Below the pieces are notes generated by a model. It saw only the letters and a program-made list of their open reading frames with translations. It did no database searches and was not told the origin of the DNA. Both the position numbers and the translations under genes were made by a program. A DNA stretch of 47,495 nt from Octopus bimaculoides (taxonomy: Eukaryota). The DNA is taken from the NCBI RefSeq assembly GCF_001194135.2, contig NC_068984.1, positions 71,301,620-71,349,114 on the forward strand, read 5' to 3'. Below are positions 9,001 to 20,297 of the stretch, one piece after another. Position 1 is the first letter of the stretch, and the number at the start of each line of letters is the position of its first letter.

Positions 9001-12000
9001 TATACAATTTTATAGTAACCTCTGAACGTTACCGTTAAGTTGCATTTCATGTGAAAATCCACATCAAATGTTAACACATTCATCGTTATCCTTGAAGAAT
9101 ATAAAATTAACCACCAACCAATATCATATATTTAAAACTTTAATATATCTTTAAGGTTTTGAATGTTAGAATGATTAGTCATACTCCCATTTTTATAAGC
9201 ATGAAAATATTCGGATAAATGATCATTAAGATAAACAAAGGAGTAAAAAACAGGAGAACTTAGTCCTCATTTGCATGTCGGCAGACTTCCATCAACGAAA
9301 ACTCATCAGCATAGATGAGTCAGTAACATTAGTCAAAAAGTCATACCCACAACAAAAATAATTACTTGTATCTTTGAATAGGATATCAATTTTAACAATC
9401 TACAGAAATACTTCAATTTATAATTAGTTACCAACAATAATAGTGAGGCAATGCAGACATAATTCTCTGCACGCAAATCACATCACACTTTTAAATAATA
9501 AGATACAAATTTCAATGAACTGCCAAAACAACCAAATTTTGAAACTAGAAATCAATGAACAAATAAAAACTCGTATTCTTCACTCTTCACTTACACCATT
9601 CCATACAGTATTACCTATTCTACACGTCATCTATTAAACGCAAGCATATCGCCGTTCAACATTTCTAAACTCCAGCCAAGCCTGATGTTATGCCCGTCTC
9701 TTAATCCAACTCATTTCCTGTTTACGCTCTTCTACTTAAAATTTGAAAGCAAAAGTATACAGTACTTGATTGGTGACGCGCCTAATTTTATGTTCATTCA
9801 TTCGTTTTCAAGCACAACTTATTTTATCAAGTGTTTCTAAAGATCACAGACACAAGTTCAATAAATATTTTTTCTTGCTCTACAACAGAAAATATTTACG
9901 CCCTTCAGCTCCAGTTCTAAAAGCAATTGTAAAAGCCTGATTGGTGACGCTTCTACCATTTTGTTTCAAAAAATGCTAACAAACTAACCGAGCGCAGTGT
10001 TAAAACTGCAAACTGTTTGTCATAAATGTGTTTAACCAAAATATTCATTGCTGATATACATATATACGTAACTTCAGAATTCCTTTTAACATTTCAAACA
10101 AAATTCTTTCAAATATCTTTGTTACTGAGAACATGGGAATAAAAGCAAAAAGATAATTGAAAACATTATTGTGTTTTTGTGGTCGTTACATGTATGAGGT
10201 CAACGGTAAATTGTTAAGTTACGCTTCCAATAGAATTGTACCCATTCTCTCATCTATACCACAAAATAAAAAACAAAACTAGTTACCTTGATTTCTTTGG
10301 GGAGAAAACATTTCCGTTTTTCAAAATGTTAGTGATTAAAGTTCTTAACACTGCATGGTTCTTAACAAACATTCGATTATCTATTATGTCATAAAATGAA
10401 TTAGTTTTGTCAATGAAACAGTTCACCTTCAGGTATATGTAATGGCATCCAGTTACCTTTGAAAAGTGTTGCCTATGCATGCACACATAGAAAACTCACT
10501 GAAGATAATACTGAGCACTCACCAGATCTAACCACTATGCCATCATATCCAAACACCCACCCACCACACAAGTGCGTACAGATACATTAAAAATCATACG
10601 AAATAAATTTAGCACACTTCTCGATAAATATTCTAATGTAGCGAATCGACGAAACTTCACAATTTTCTCAATGCTGATAATGAATTATGAATGTTCTTTA
10701 TCTTACTTTAACAGCTGCTTCGAAATAATGACTTGGGAATATATAAATGGTAATTGAGAACTGCTGAATAATTATCTAGGCTCTATATCTGTGTACCTTC
10801 AAACTACATTTACTCATTAATATTCCAGTAGGCAAATGGCAATTAGCCTTGTAAATGCAAATTCCCATCACTAACATTAATGCAAATGTTAAGTCAAACG
10901 CAATTCAAACAGGCGTTGACATCAATTCCAGATCGTTTCTTGCAGTAGATTTTTCTTTGAACATACCCATATCTTCCTATATGTTATTAAACAACACAGT
11001 GAAAGAAAAGCAGATAACTCACGGCTGAATTACCTGTGAATAACATAGTTTAAAATTAAGTAAATTGATGTGCCGAAAGTAACCAACGGTTGACGTAAAT
11101 ATTAGTGGCGTAATATATGCAACAGACTTTCAGATCTGAAGGAAAATATAAATTGTATACAAAAATGAAATTCAAAATGGATATAATATTACCATTCAGA
11201 ATTTGTGGAAGCGATTTTTTTAAAAATCAAAACTACGTAAATCAGTTTCGTATCACTGTGACCTAAAGATTGAGTAGACGAACGGCCAGATTGTATTTGC
11301 GTATCCGATGCAATAATGTTGAGGAATATAATTTTCATTGTTACTTAGACATTTCTTCATTACATTAGTTCATTGAAGGCTGTCGTTTCCAAACGAATAC
11401 AGAAAAGGTGTTTCATTCTTGTGTTTTTGCAATATATTTTAGCGATAAGTTTATATATAGGATTGGTGCATGTGATATACTGTTTGATGACTGTTTCTTT
11501 TTAATGACGTATTCACATATTTACCAGCTATGGTACTCTTCGTTCATATGATTTAATATGTGTGATTTTAATTTTTTAATGCAAACAGCATCTGTGGTAT
11601 CTGTGTGGGTGAATTTGTTCCTGCATTGTTCTATAACTAGGACGAATAATGTAATGCAATACCCGCTATTAGTATAACACTATTTCACTTCATATTTGAA
11701 ATTTGAGAGGTTCTATATTTGTGTTAGTGTTATCGATATTTTAGGAACACAGATTCATGAATGGAATTATTTTCGTAATTGTTTAAAGTCTATCCACTCG
11801 TTCCTCAATTGTCGCAATCACTATATCGCCGATATAATCGTTACAATATTCTATTATGGTAATGATATATACCGACACAAGTTGTGACATTGCAACCTTT
11901 TCTTGCCTCTTCATGTGTAGGCTGCTCGAGGCGAAATAAAACAGATTGTCATTAGCTGACTATGCATTTGAAATAAGCAGATAGATTAGCACATGACAAC

Positions 12001-14196
12001 ATGGCGCACAAAGCAAATCTAACGACAGAAAATATAAGCTACGTAGGTTACAATCATATTTGGAATTGTAGAAGATAAGGTAAAGATGGAATCTTTATAA
12101 ATATAAAATATAAAACAAACATTTTAGCACAGACACAGAATGCATAACTTCTAAGATTTTATCTTTCAGCATTCTAAAAGCCGGCATTTCAGTATTCCCA
12201 TCATCATTTAGCGCTTTCTGTAAATCAACAAGTTAATCTTGCTATCATTGTATTCAGGTGAAGTGCTGTAAATACTGCATGCATATCGACATTAAAAATT
12301 CACGAGTGGGTTCATAGGTTTATAAATGTTAAATATTGATATTGTAGGTGGGCTAAGGACATGTTTTGCAATATATTGTATTTTCACTCAAATAATGTAT
12401 CTATTTTTGTCCATCCCTAAACTTATTCAAATATCTATTTTCAACCTGTTCAGTTATACCTTGAACAAACTATAATCATCTGTCTCTCCCCCATTTTCCC
12501 ATCACTCTACACACTTGCACGCGCGCGCACACACCTACCCACACACAGTATGTATTCATGCATTGTGCATTTTATACACTTCTTTCTCTCTCAGTTACTT
12601 TTAATTAACACTATATATTAACAAACTACTTTTTAAACTTCTCTTCTTCTCTCGCACTAAATGTTGCCTTTCGCTTTAGATTTTATGCTTCTCTAGATGA
12701 ATTGGCACTTTCTGCAAAACCAGAACGAGGCTTTATGCTCTGCTTCCATCCACCTCTATTTCTCTCAGTTCCTTCTGTACTTTACGTCAGCGTCTATTTG
12801 CTGTTCCTTAACGTACTTTATCTCTCATCTTGCAAATCTTAGCAAGAAATACAGTTGAGGCGTGACTATTCCGCCTTTGTCATATCAAAAAATGCAAAAC
12901 ATAATATTTGTGATTGTGTACAGACGTTCGGAAGCAGTGTTTGGTTTAGTCAGGCTCTGTAGCGTATGTGTGTATGTGCTCACAACCATGTTCTGTCTCG
13001 ATCATATTTATTGTATCCTCCTCACTAAATGTTATCCAGTAAAGTTCACTGTAACCCTATGTGTTGCCGTTTGATATGTTGTATTTATATATTTTAATAT
13101 TAACCCTCTCCATATTCTATTATAACATCTAATCTTCCCGCTGTTGCTTTAAGTCATTGCAGAAAAAACAATACGCTGAATTTTACAGCCTCACCGTATC
13201 ATATCACACATTCCATTTTAATAATGAAACCACCCCTCATCAAAGATGTCCCTTAGCATTTAGAATCACATCTGTTTACTTGAATCTCAAACGATGCGTC
13301 AATCGATGGATGATTATTCCACATATTTTCCAATGAAAATAAACTAAATAGCTACAGATACTTCTTGAGATACACCACCACCTGAAACATAGACATACAA
13401 ATTTTATACAAATTTCATATTACATTAATGACAAAACATTCTGTGAACATCAATTTACTTTCGAATCTGGAATTTTCATACAGTCATGACGAAGAATGAT
13501 GGGTAATTAAGAGAGCTAGAGCTCAATATTTTGGTTCATAAATATGTATATATACTTGTACATTAAACAAGCATATATACCAATACATATATAACAATGC
13601 ACTTACATATATTCATACGTTCTTTTTTAATTTTCTCATGGACACATGTAAATGTCAAAGACGCGTTTGCAAACGGGTGTGCAATTATTTAGTCTACTAT
13701 CGTTTCAGCACGATTAATATCATGCTATTGGACTGGTGTTAATCTGATACATTTCACCGAGCTATGAGGGATCTAGAGGCTTTGTTAACTTATGTATTGT
13801 AGATCCAATACGATCAATAGCGAATTATATCATGGATATGTATTTCTCTATATATATATCTACGAGTGTGGGCATGTGATTGCTACCTATATATGTGTGA
13901 ATATATGTATGTATCTAGATATATATGTGTATATATATATATATGATTTTCCATTCTTTCATCTTATCCTAATTTCTTGCCAGATATATTAAGTTATTTC
14001 TACCTAAATGTCCTTTCTCAGTTCCCGATAAGTCACAGGAGAAATAGAATGATTTTTGTCGGACTAACGATTATGGATTAAACATGTGTGTGCGTATGTA
14101 CCTGTATTAGGAATTGGTAGATCTATAATAATCTGCCGATTATTAATAAACATCATGTTTTAAGTTCCATCTTCTTGTTTATGTCACCATGTGTAA

Positions 14197-14198
<2 letters not shown>

Positions 14199-14257
<59 letters not shown>

Positions 14258-14344
14258 CAGACAAACAGAGTACAGACAGGCAGACAGACTGACATACAGA
14301 TAGATAGACAGATAGATAGACAGATAGATAGACAGACAAACAGA
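14199..14344. repeat. (AGAT)n/(AGAC)n tetranucleotide microsatellite
   Basis: Directly visible. Confidence 0.95.
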
Positions 14345-14769
14345 CTAATAGCAATACTAGACTTACAGAATTGACCTATATCTATTTAATTGATTAAAAA
14401 TTTGAAGACGGTGCCGCCGAATGTGTGAGGTCCCATGACAGAAACATAGAAATAGTTGAACACGCTCGTTAAATATGTCTCCATATATCATTAATTTGTC
14501 ATGAAGAGGCGTTTATTAACAATTTACTATATATCTTAGTATTTTTGATTTATCTAGATAATGACAAACTTTATAATAAAAGAAGTAGATGTAATATACA
14601 AGCATGTTACAATGCAGTGAGTTATGAATGTTCTGTGTGTCTTAGACGCCTATGCAACAATCATTTCGGTATAAACATTATAGCATACCATTGGAGGGAA
14701 ATTAATAATAGCAATATATTTTAATATCAGAATAAACAACTGATTTCACGAAAACTGAAAGCAGTTGTA

Positions 14770-16144
14770 TTAGATCGTCAAGTATGAAATTTGTAGTAAG
14801 GTATTTTGTAAATTTTTCGCCATTATTATATTTTCGCAATTTTCATTTTTTGTTAGAAAGCTGATACATCTATTTCTTTATTCTCATTTTGCGCTTTATA
14901 AAGTATTTATAAATCGTGTTTTGCTAGTTTTGTTTAGAGTTGTATAACGGAAATTCGTACAGTTTTGAAATATGAATTCTTTCTTGGAAATACAGCATCA
15001 CAGTCAGCTCCAAATATTAGTGGAGTATTTCATTCTAATTGTATTATACAGCAGACAGTATCAAATTCGTACAGTGTTGAAATATGAGTTCTTTCTTGGA
15101 AATGCAGCATCATAGTCAGCTCGGAATATTAACGGAGTACTTCATTCTAATTTTATTACATAGCAGACAATATTAAAATTCGTTTTGGTAACTTTGACCT
15201 CACAAATGTGCAATGCGGTCGACAAGAAACACAGGTGGATAATAACGAACGGAAAAAGCCACAGTCGAGTCTGATGCATCTCAAAGTGCCCGTGAATTAT
15301 CGTTGTTGGTTGGTGTTAAAAAGCAAAAATTATTGACTCATCTAGTCCAAATCAATAAAGTGAAAACATTGAATAAATGGGTTCCATGTAAACTCAATGA
15401 AAATCAGAAACAGCAACGTTTGTAAGCCTGCATTATGCTACTTTCTCGTCGCAAAAATGAATCATTTTTTAATCGAATTCTAACGTAATACGACGTAATA
15501 CGACGTAATACGACGTAATACACCAGCCGTAAATAGTCAGTACAATAGTAGGATAAAGACGGGCCACCAAAACACAGTCCAAAAGCAAAATCCATGAAAA
15601 GAAGCTGATGGTGTGTGTTTGGTGGTCTGGCGCAGGAGTGATGCATTATGATTTCATTAAACCTGGTTCATCAATCACGGCCGAATTATACTGCACTCAA
15701 CTAAATCACATGATGTAGAAACGTATAAAAAACAGCCTATATTAGTCAACAGATTCACTCCTATTTTTTGCAAGACAACGCTAGACCACACATCGCAAAA
15801 ATGACACTGGCGAAACTACATGATTTTGGGTTTGAAGTTCTCCATTACCCACCATACTCACCTGATCTTGGCCCTACTTACTACCGCTTCTTCCAATATT
15901 TGGATGTCTTTTTGATAGGAAAAAAACTTAATTCCGTCTATGTTGTAAAACAGGCTTTCCAAGATTTTATTGACTCTAGATTGCCAGGCTTTTACAGTTC
16001 CGGGGTGGGCAAGCTACCACTGAAATAGGAAAAGTGTATTGACAATATGTGTGCACATTTTGAGGAATAAAATTGTTCCTTGTATTCATAAAACATTATC
16101 AGACATTTTTTCCTGTCCTACAAATTTCATACTTGACGACCTAA
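14770..16144 (+). mobile_element. Full-length but defective mariner transposon (cecropia/Hsmar1-like), copy A
   Basis: TIRs TTAGATCGTCAAGTATGAAATTTGTAG (after TA at 14768-69) and CTACAAATTTCATACTTGACGACCTAA (ends 16144). Transposase remnants include KWVPCKLNENQK, KKLMVCVWWSGAGVMHYDFIKPG and QDNARPH...PPYSPDLGPTYYRFF (ORF 15768-16028). Multiple stops and frameshifts. Confidence 0.95.
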
Positions 16145-16214
16145 AAAGAGAGATTATCATATGCTGTCACATAACATTCCTAAGTCTTAATTTATTGATA
16201 GAATTAGAATGCCA

Positions 16215-16352
16215 AGCAGGTAATATCGTTAGGACGCCGGGCAAAATGCTTGGTCGCATCTTGTCCGTTCTTACATTCTGGGTTCAAATCGTCAATTTTG
16301 CCTTTTATAATTTCAGGGTCGATAAATTAAGTAGCAGCTGAGTACTGGGTCC
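16215..16352 (+). mobile_element. tRNA-derived SINE fragment (family with GGGTCGATAAATTAAGTA core)
   Basis: ATCGTTAGGACGCCGGGCAAAATGCTT...GGGTTCAAAT...TTTGCCTTT...GGGTCGATAAATTAAGTA; the same core recurs inverted at 33079-33229 and 42796-42950. Confidence 0.75.
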
Positions 16353-17689
16353 AATGAAAGGAACGTGATAGAATTAAAAAAAAAAAGTTTTAAGTCGGTA
16401 TTAAAATTATTGCAATTTCCTAGCACTTTAATGTGAATACTCTGCTATTTTCCCAAGCCTCGTTTTATTTTTGAGATCAAATGCCACTGACGTGAGTTTT
16501 ATTTTATGTCCATTTGTTGTCGATAAAGAAACTTGAAAACCATTGCAAATTTACTAAAATTCTGGAATAGATGTCTGGCAGTATCCTAAATGAATAACAT
16601 ATAGAGATGTACCCACTAACAGTGTCTATATAGGATGGCTATATTTTCCCAAATATTCTTGTGCAGGTGATCAATAAGGGCAAAATTTAATAACCATAAA
16701 TACAAATGTCACTATTACCGAATTTCACAAATCCAAAACTAAACAACACATTGTACGCCTCCTATCGTAAACACAATTTTATTCATAAAAATCCTGTAAT
16801 ATAAGTGATGTCGAAGTAAAAATATTTTTCTGAGATTATCAGTTATTTCTACTAATAAACTGATTTTTACAAACACCTATAAATGTGGCTAGCGTGCATC
16901 TCCTAGTAGTTGTATCAAGGTGTATATCTATGTAAAGAATAGCTACATAAAGAAATGGGAAAGTAGATATTGTTTGGCATAATCGTCAGTATAATTGAAA
17001 TCATAGCAAAGATTCCCACTCTAGGTTTTATAACATCTTTAACAATAAACTAATTTATTTTAACACTCCTAATGTATTCAATTTCCTGTTCTCTCAATTT
17101 AGCTAAACAGACGAAATTCAAAACCAGATATTTGGAATTGTATCAACAGAAATATTTTTCACATAAGTTCTGTTTGTACAATGCTATAGCCTACAATGTG
17201 ACACAGAATTTGATATCGGTTGTATGCCATGTATTGGGATTTCTACTAATCCGTCAAATATTCGTTTCAATAACCATACACATTCATGCAGAAATTACAC
17301 AAGAGGCAACACCACCTCTACATATTCATGTAAGATTTGAAAAATAAGAGGGAACATGCATGCGACTGTATTTTGTATGTATTTGCATATAATTCCGTCT
17401 ACTGGTTGCTTCCGATACATTTTGGAATGAGCATATTTCTGTCCGTATATGTATATTTATGTTTTTCCCAAATTTCCAAATTCTTCCAGTTATATATATG
17501 CATATATAACTTGAATATATGTATACGTGAGTTGATGTCTGTCCATGTGTCTCAATATACATGCACATTCATAGATATGTATTTATGTAAGTATATACGT
17601 ATGTATGTGTGTATATTTCTATGCATTAATTATGAAGGGTGTCCGAATTCATTGGAAAATAATTGTACTCATGAAGCAATACATTTATA

Positions 17690-18382
17690 TACATGGGGGC
17701 ACCCAAAAGTAACCGTAAATGTTCTCTGTAGGACAAACCCGTTATGGTGCAGGCTTCCACTACTAGAAGCCACTTGATGCAACCCTTAGAGACATCAGTC
17801 TGCCGACCGACATCATCCGGTGGAGTAGTTCTGGCATATGTAAATTTGGTTTGCAGTGCTTCTCCTTGTTCATCGATGTTTGCAATAGCTGAAACGAAGA
17901 AACAGCGCGCTTCCGAGAAATTCTGTTTTCTGCTAGGAGAAAACGGCTGCTGAAACTGTTGTCATACTTCAAACAGCTTACAAGGACGCTGCCATGAGCA
18001 AAACACATGTTTACAAGTAGTTTGGTTTTCACACTTTAGGATTGGCCACTTGTCACTTGAAGACCAAACCATGGCAGCGTCCTTGTAAGCTGTTTGCAAC
18101 ATGACAAGTATTTAGGCTGCCATTTTCCCCCGGCAGGAAACAGAAATTCACGGAAGCACGCTGTTTCTTCGATTCAGCCATCGCAAACATTGATAAACAT
18201 GGGAGAAGCACTGCAAAGCAAATTTGCACCATTTGTGACGGAACAACTGCAGCTGACGACACCGGTCAGCAGACTGATGTCTGAAGATCCCATTCAAGTT
18301 GTTTCTAGTGGCAGAATCCTGAACTAAAATGTGTTTGTTCCACAAAGAACGTTTACGGCTACTTTTGGGTACCGACCCCGTA
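17690..18382. mobile_element. Fold-back mariner derivative (second mariner family): two inverted copies of the element's 5' end around a 73-nt spacer
   Basis: Arm 17690-17996 and arm 18070-18382 are inverted; the innermost 26 bp are identical (AAACAGCTTACAAGGACGCTGCCATG). Both termini are TA plus C..GGG..ACCCAAAAGTA.CCG. The left arm plus spacer encodes a mariner N-terminus with frameshifts: AETKKQRASEKFCFLLG/KTAAETVVILQTAYKDAAMSKTHVYK/WFSHFRIGHLSLEDQ. Confidence 0.85.
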
Positions 18383-20125
18383 CATCGGTTATCTACTACC
18401 ACTCGACTGTCATGCATTGCATTGCTTCATGGCTGACAAGTCTGGAGCACTTCTGGTTCTTTTTTCGATGCAGCAGTTAGCTTCAAGTTATCATTCGACT
18501 CATCTGCAGTTGACACCGGCTACGTTCACAACTGGGGCTGACTTGACAAATGACGGGCAAGTGTTGCGATATTTTCTGCGCTTGTTGGGCTGTGAGCAGA
18601 TCTGCCCGCTGTTTGCCACTCACAATTTTGACAAAGCTGTAGTCCTGAATTGCATCAAGCATAGACCGAGGCAATTCCTGTGACACTTTGAGTGTCGTCA
18701 CGTGCTCAAGCTCTGTTCCAGTCGGAGAATACAATTTGTGGAAGCTCTATCATGTTATTCTATAGGAGATTAATGGCAGATAAGAGCGACGATGTCCTCG
18801 AGGAGACTGGGTATCGACGTCAAGCACGTAGGAGGATCCAACGTTCCAAAGAAACTTTTTCCAAAACCTAAGGATGATTTGCTTGGCCTAGCCTTTCTAT
18901 CATGAGTTCTCACTGTCTGCTCGAGATAAAAACCTATAGGCATGATGAGTTGTTTCAAAAGTATAGCGGATTCGGCTAGTAGCTGACACTATTACGAATA
19001 TATTCCCACCTCTCATGTCTGACCGGGTGGTCAGACATTTTCCTTTTTGAGGTGAAGAGATCGAAACGACTGAAGTCAATCACTCTTCCATTTGGTTAAT
19101 CCTTCAACGATATTTTTTAAATGTAAGAATCGAAATGGAATATGAAGATTTTTAGGGAGGTGCTTCTGTAAATTTGTTAAAATGTGTATTGAATACTATG
19201 AGAGTGGCTCGAATGTGCAGGCCCGCACGAAACTGATGTTTGTAGGCTTGAATGAACAGATGCGATAAAAGTGTCACACAGTGCTGGACTCGGCAGTCGG
19301 AGTGATACATAATATGTGATGTTTCCTGGTTACTTTGTAGCAGATGTTACCCTACTGGAATATTTTTAAGGTAATTTTTTTGTTAATTGTTATTTAATTC
19401 TTTACGCTTGTTGATCATGGTTGGAGTTTCTCCCCATCAGAGAAAGAAACACTGTATATTATATTCGTGAGTTATTAAACATTTTGGGTAACGGCATGCC
19501 TAGGATAAAACTGTTTTCTCGCGCCTTTACAGGCAACTTGGTAAATCCTCCGCACATACATACCATTTATACGTAATATCCTCAGTGCTCAGATTCCTGA
19601 CAAGTCACTTCGAGACATAAAGTTCTTTAGTAACGGATATCATTGAATATCCGGTATCATCAGCTCATCTGTAAGGTTTCGAAAACAATGGCTGAATAAT
19701 TTTAATACCTTTGTTTTTATTTTTAGTCTTAGTTTTCATACAGTTGAAACATTCCATCCAGAGGCTTCCAATATTCCATCCGAAGTTTATGAAGAAAATT
19801 TGTGGCACCATTTCGAAATTTCATTATTTCTAAATCGCCGTGTTCCGCTTATCTTCCAATAATGGCAGCAGGACTTTCGATTTTTTGTCTTAGTTTTATA
19901 ATTGACTTGAGGATCTGAAAGAAAGAAAACAAAAACGTTAAAATTTTTGAAAAAGTGTTATATTCTGACAATTAAGTGTCCTTAAACAGTTTAACATCCA
20001 GTATACATACACACACACTCATTCACATACACACGCGTATATATNNNNNNNNNNNNNNNNNNNNNNNNNNNNNNNNNNNNNNNNNNNNNNNNNNNNNNNN
20101 NNNNNNNNNNNNNNNNNNNNNNNNN

Positions 20126-20182
20126 TATATATATATATCGATGCACACACACATACACATATATCGATACATAGACAGATAA

Positions 20183-20214
<32 letters not shown>

Positions 20215-20275
20215 GTAAATAGATAGACAGAAAGATAGATGATAGGTTGGGAGATAGAAAAGTAGATATAGATGT
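20126..20275. repeat. (TA)n/(CA)n/(AGAT)n simple repeats
   Basis: Directly visible. Confidence 0.9.
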
Positions 20276-20297
20276 ATAAACACATAATATATACATA

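Noticed and set aside
9275-9315. Minus-strand CTGATGAG hammerhead-like box
   Set aside because: No downstream stem II plus GAAA.
19015-19038. Hairpin as a Helitron 3' end
   Set aside because: No CTRR terminus at the expected distance on either strand.
19096-19992. TTAA-bounded piggyBac element
   Set aside because: The candidate ends (TTAATCCTTC and AAACAGTTTAA) are not inverted repeats of each other.
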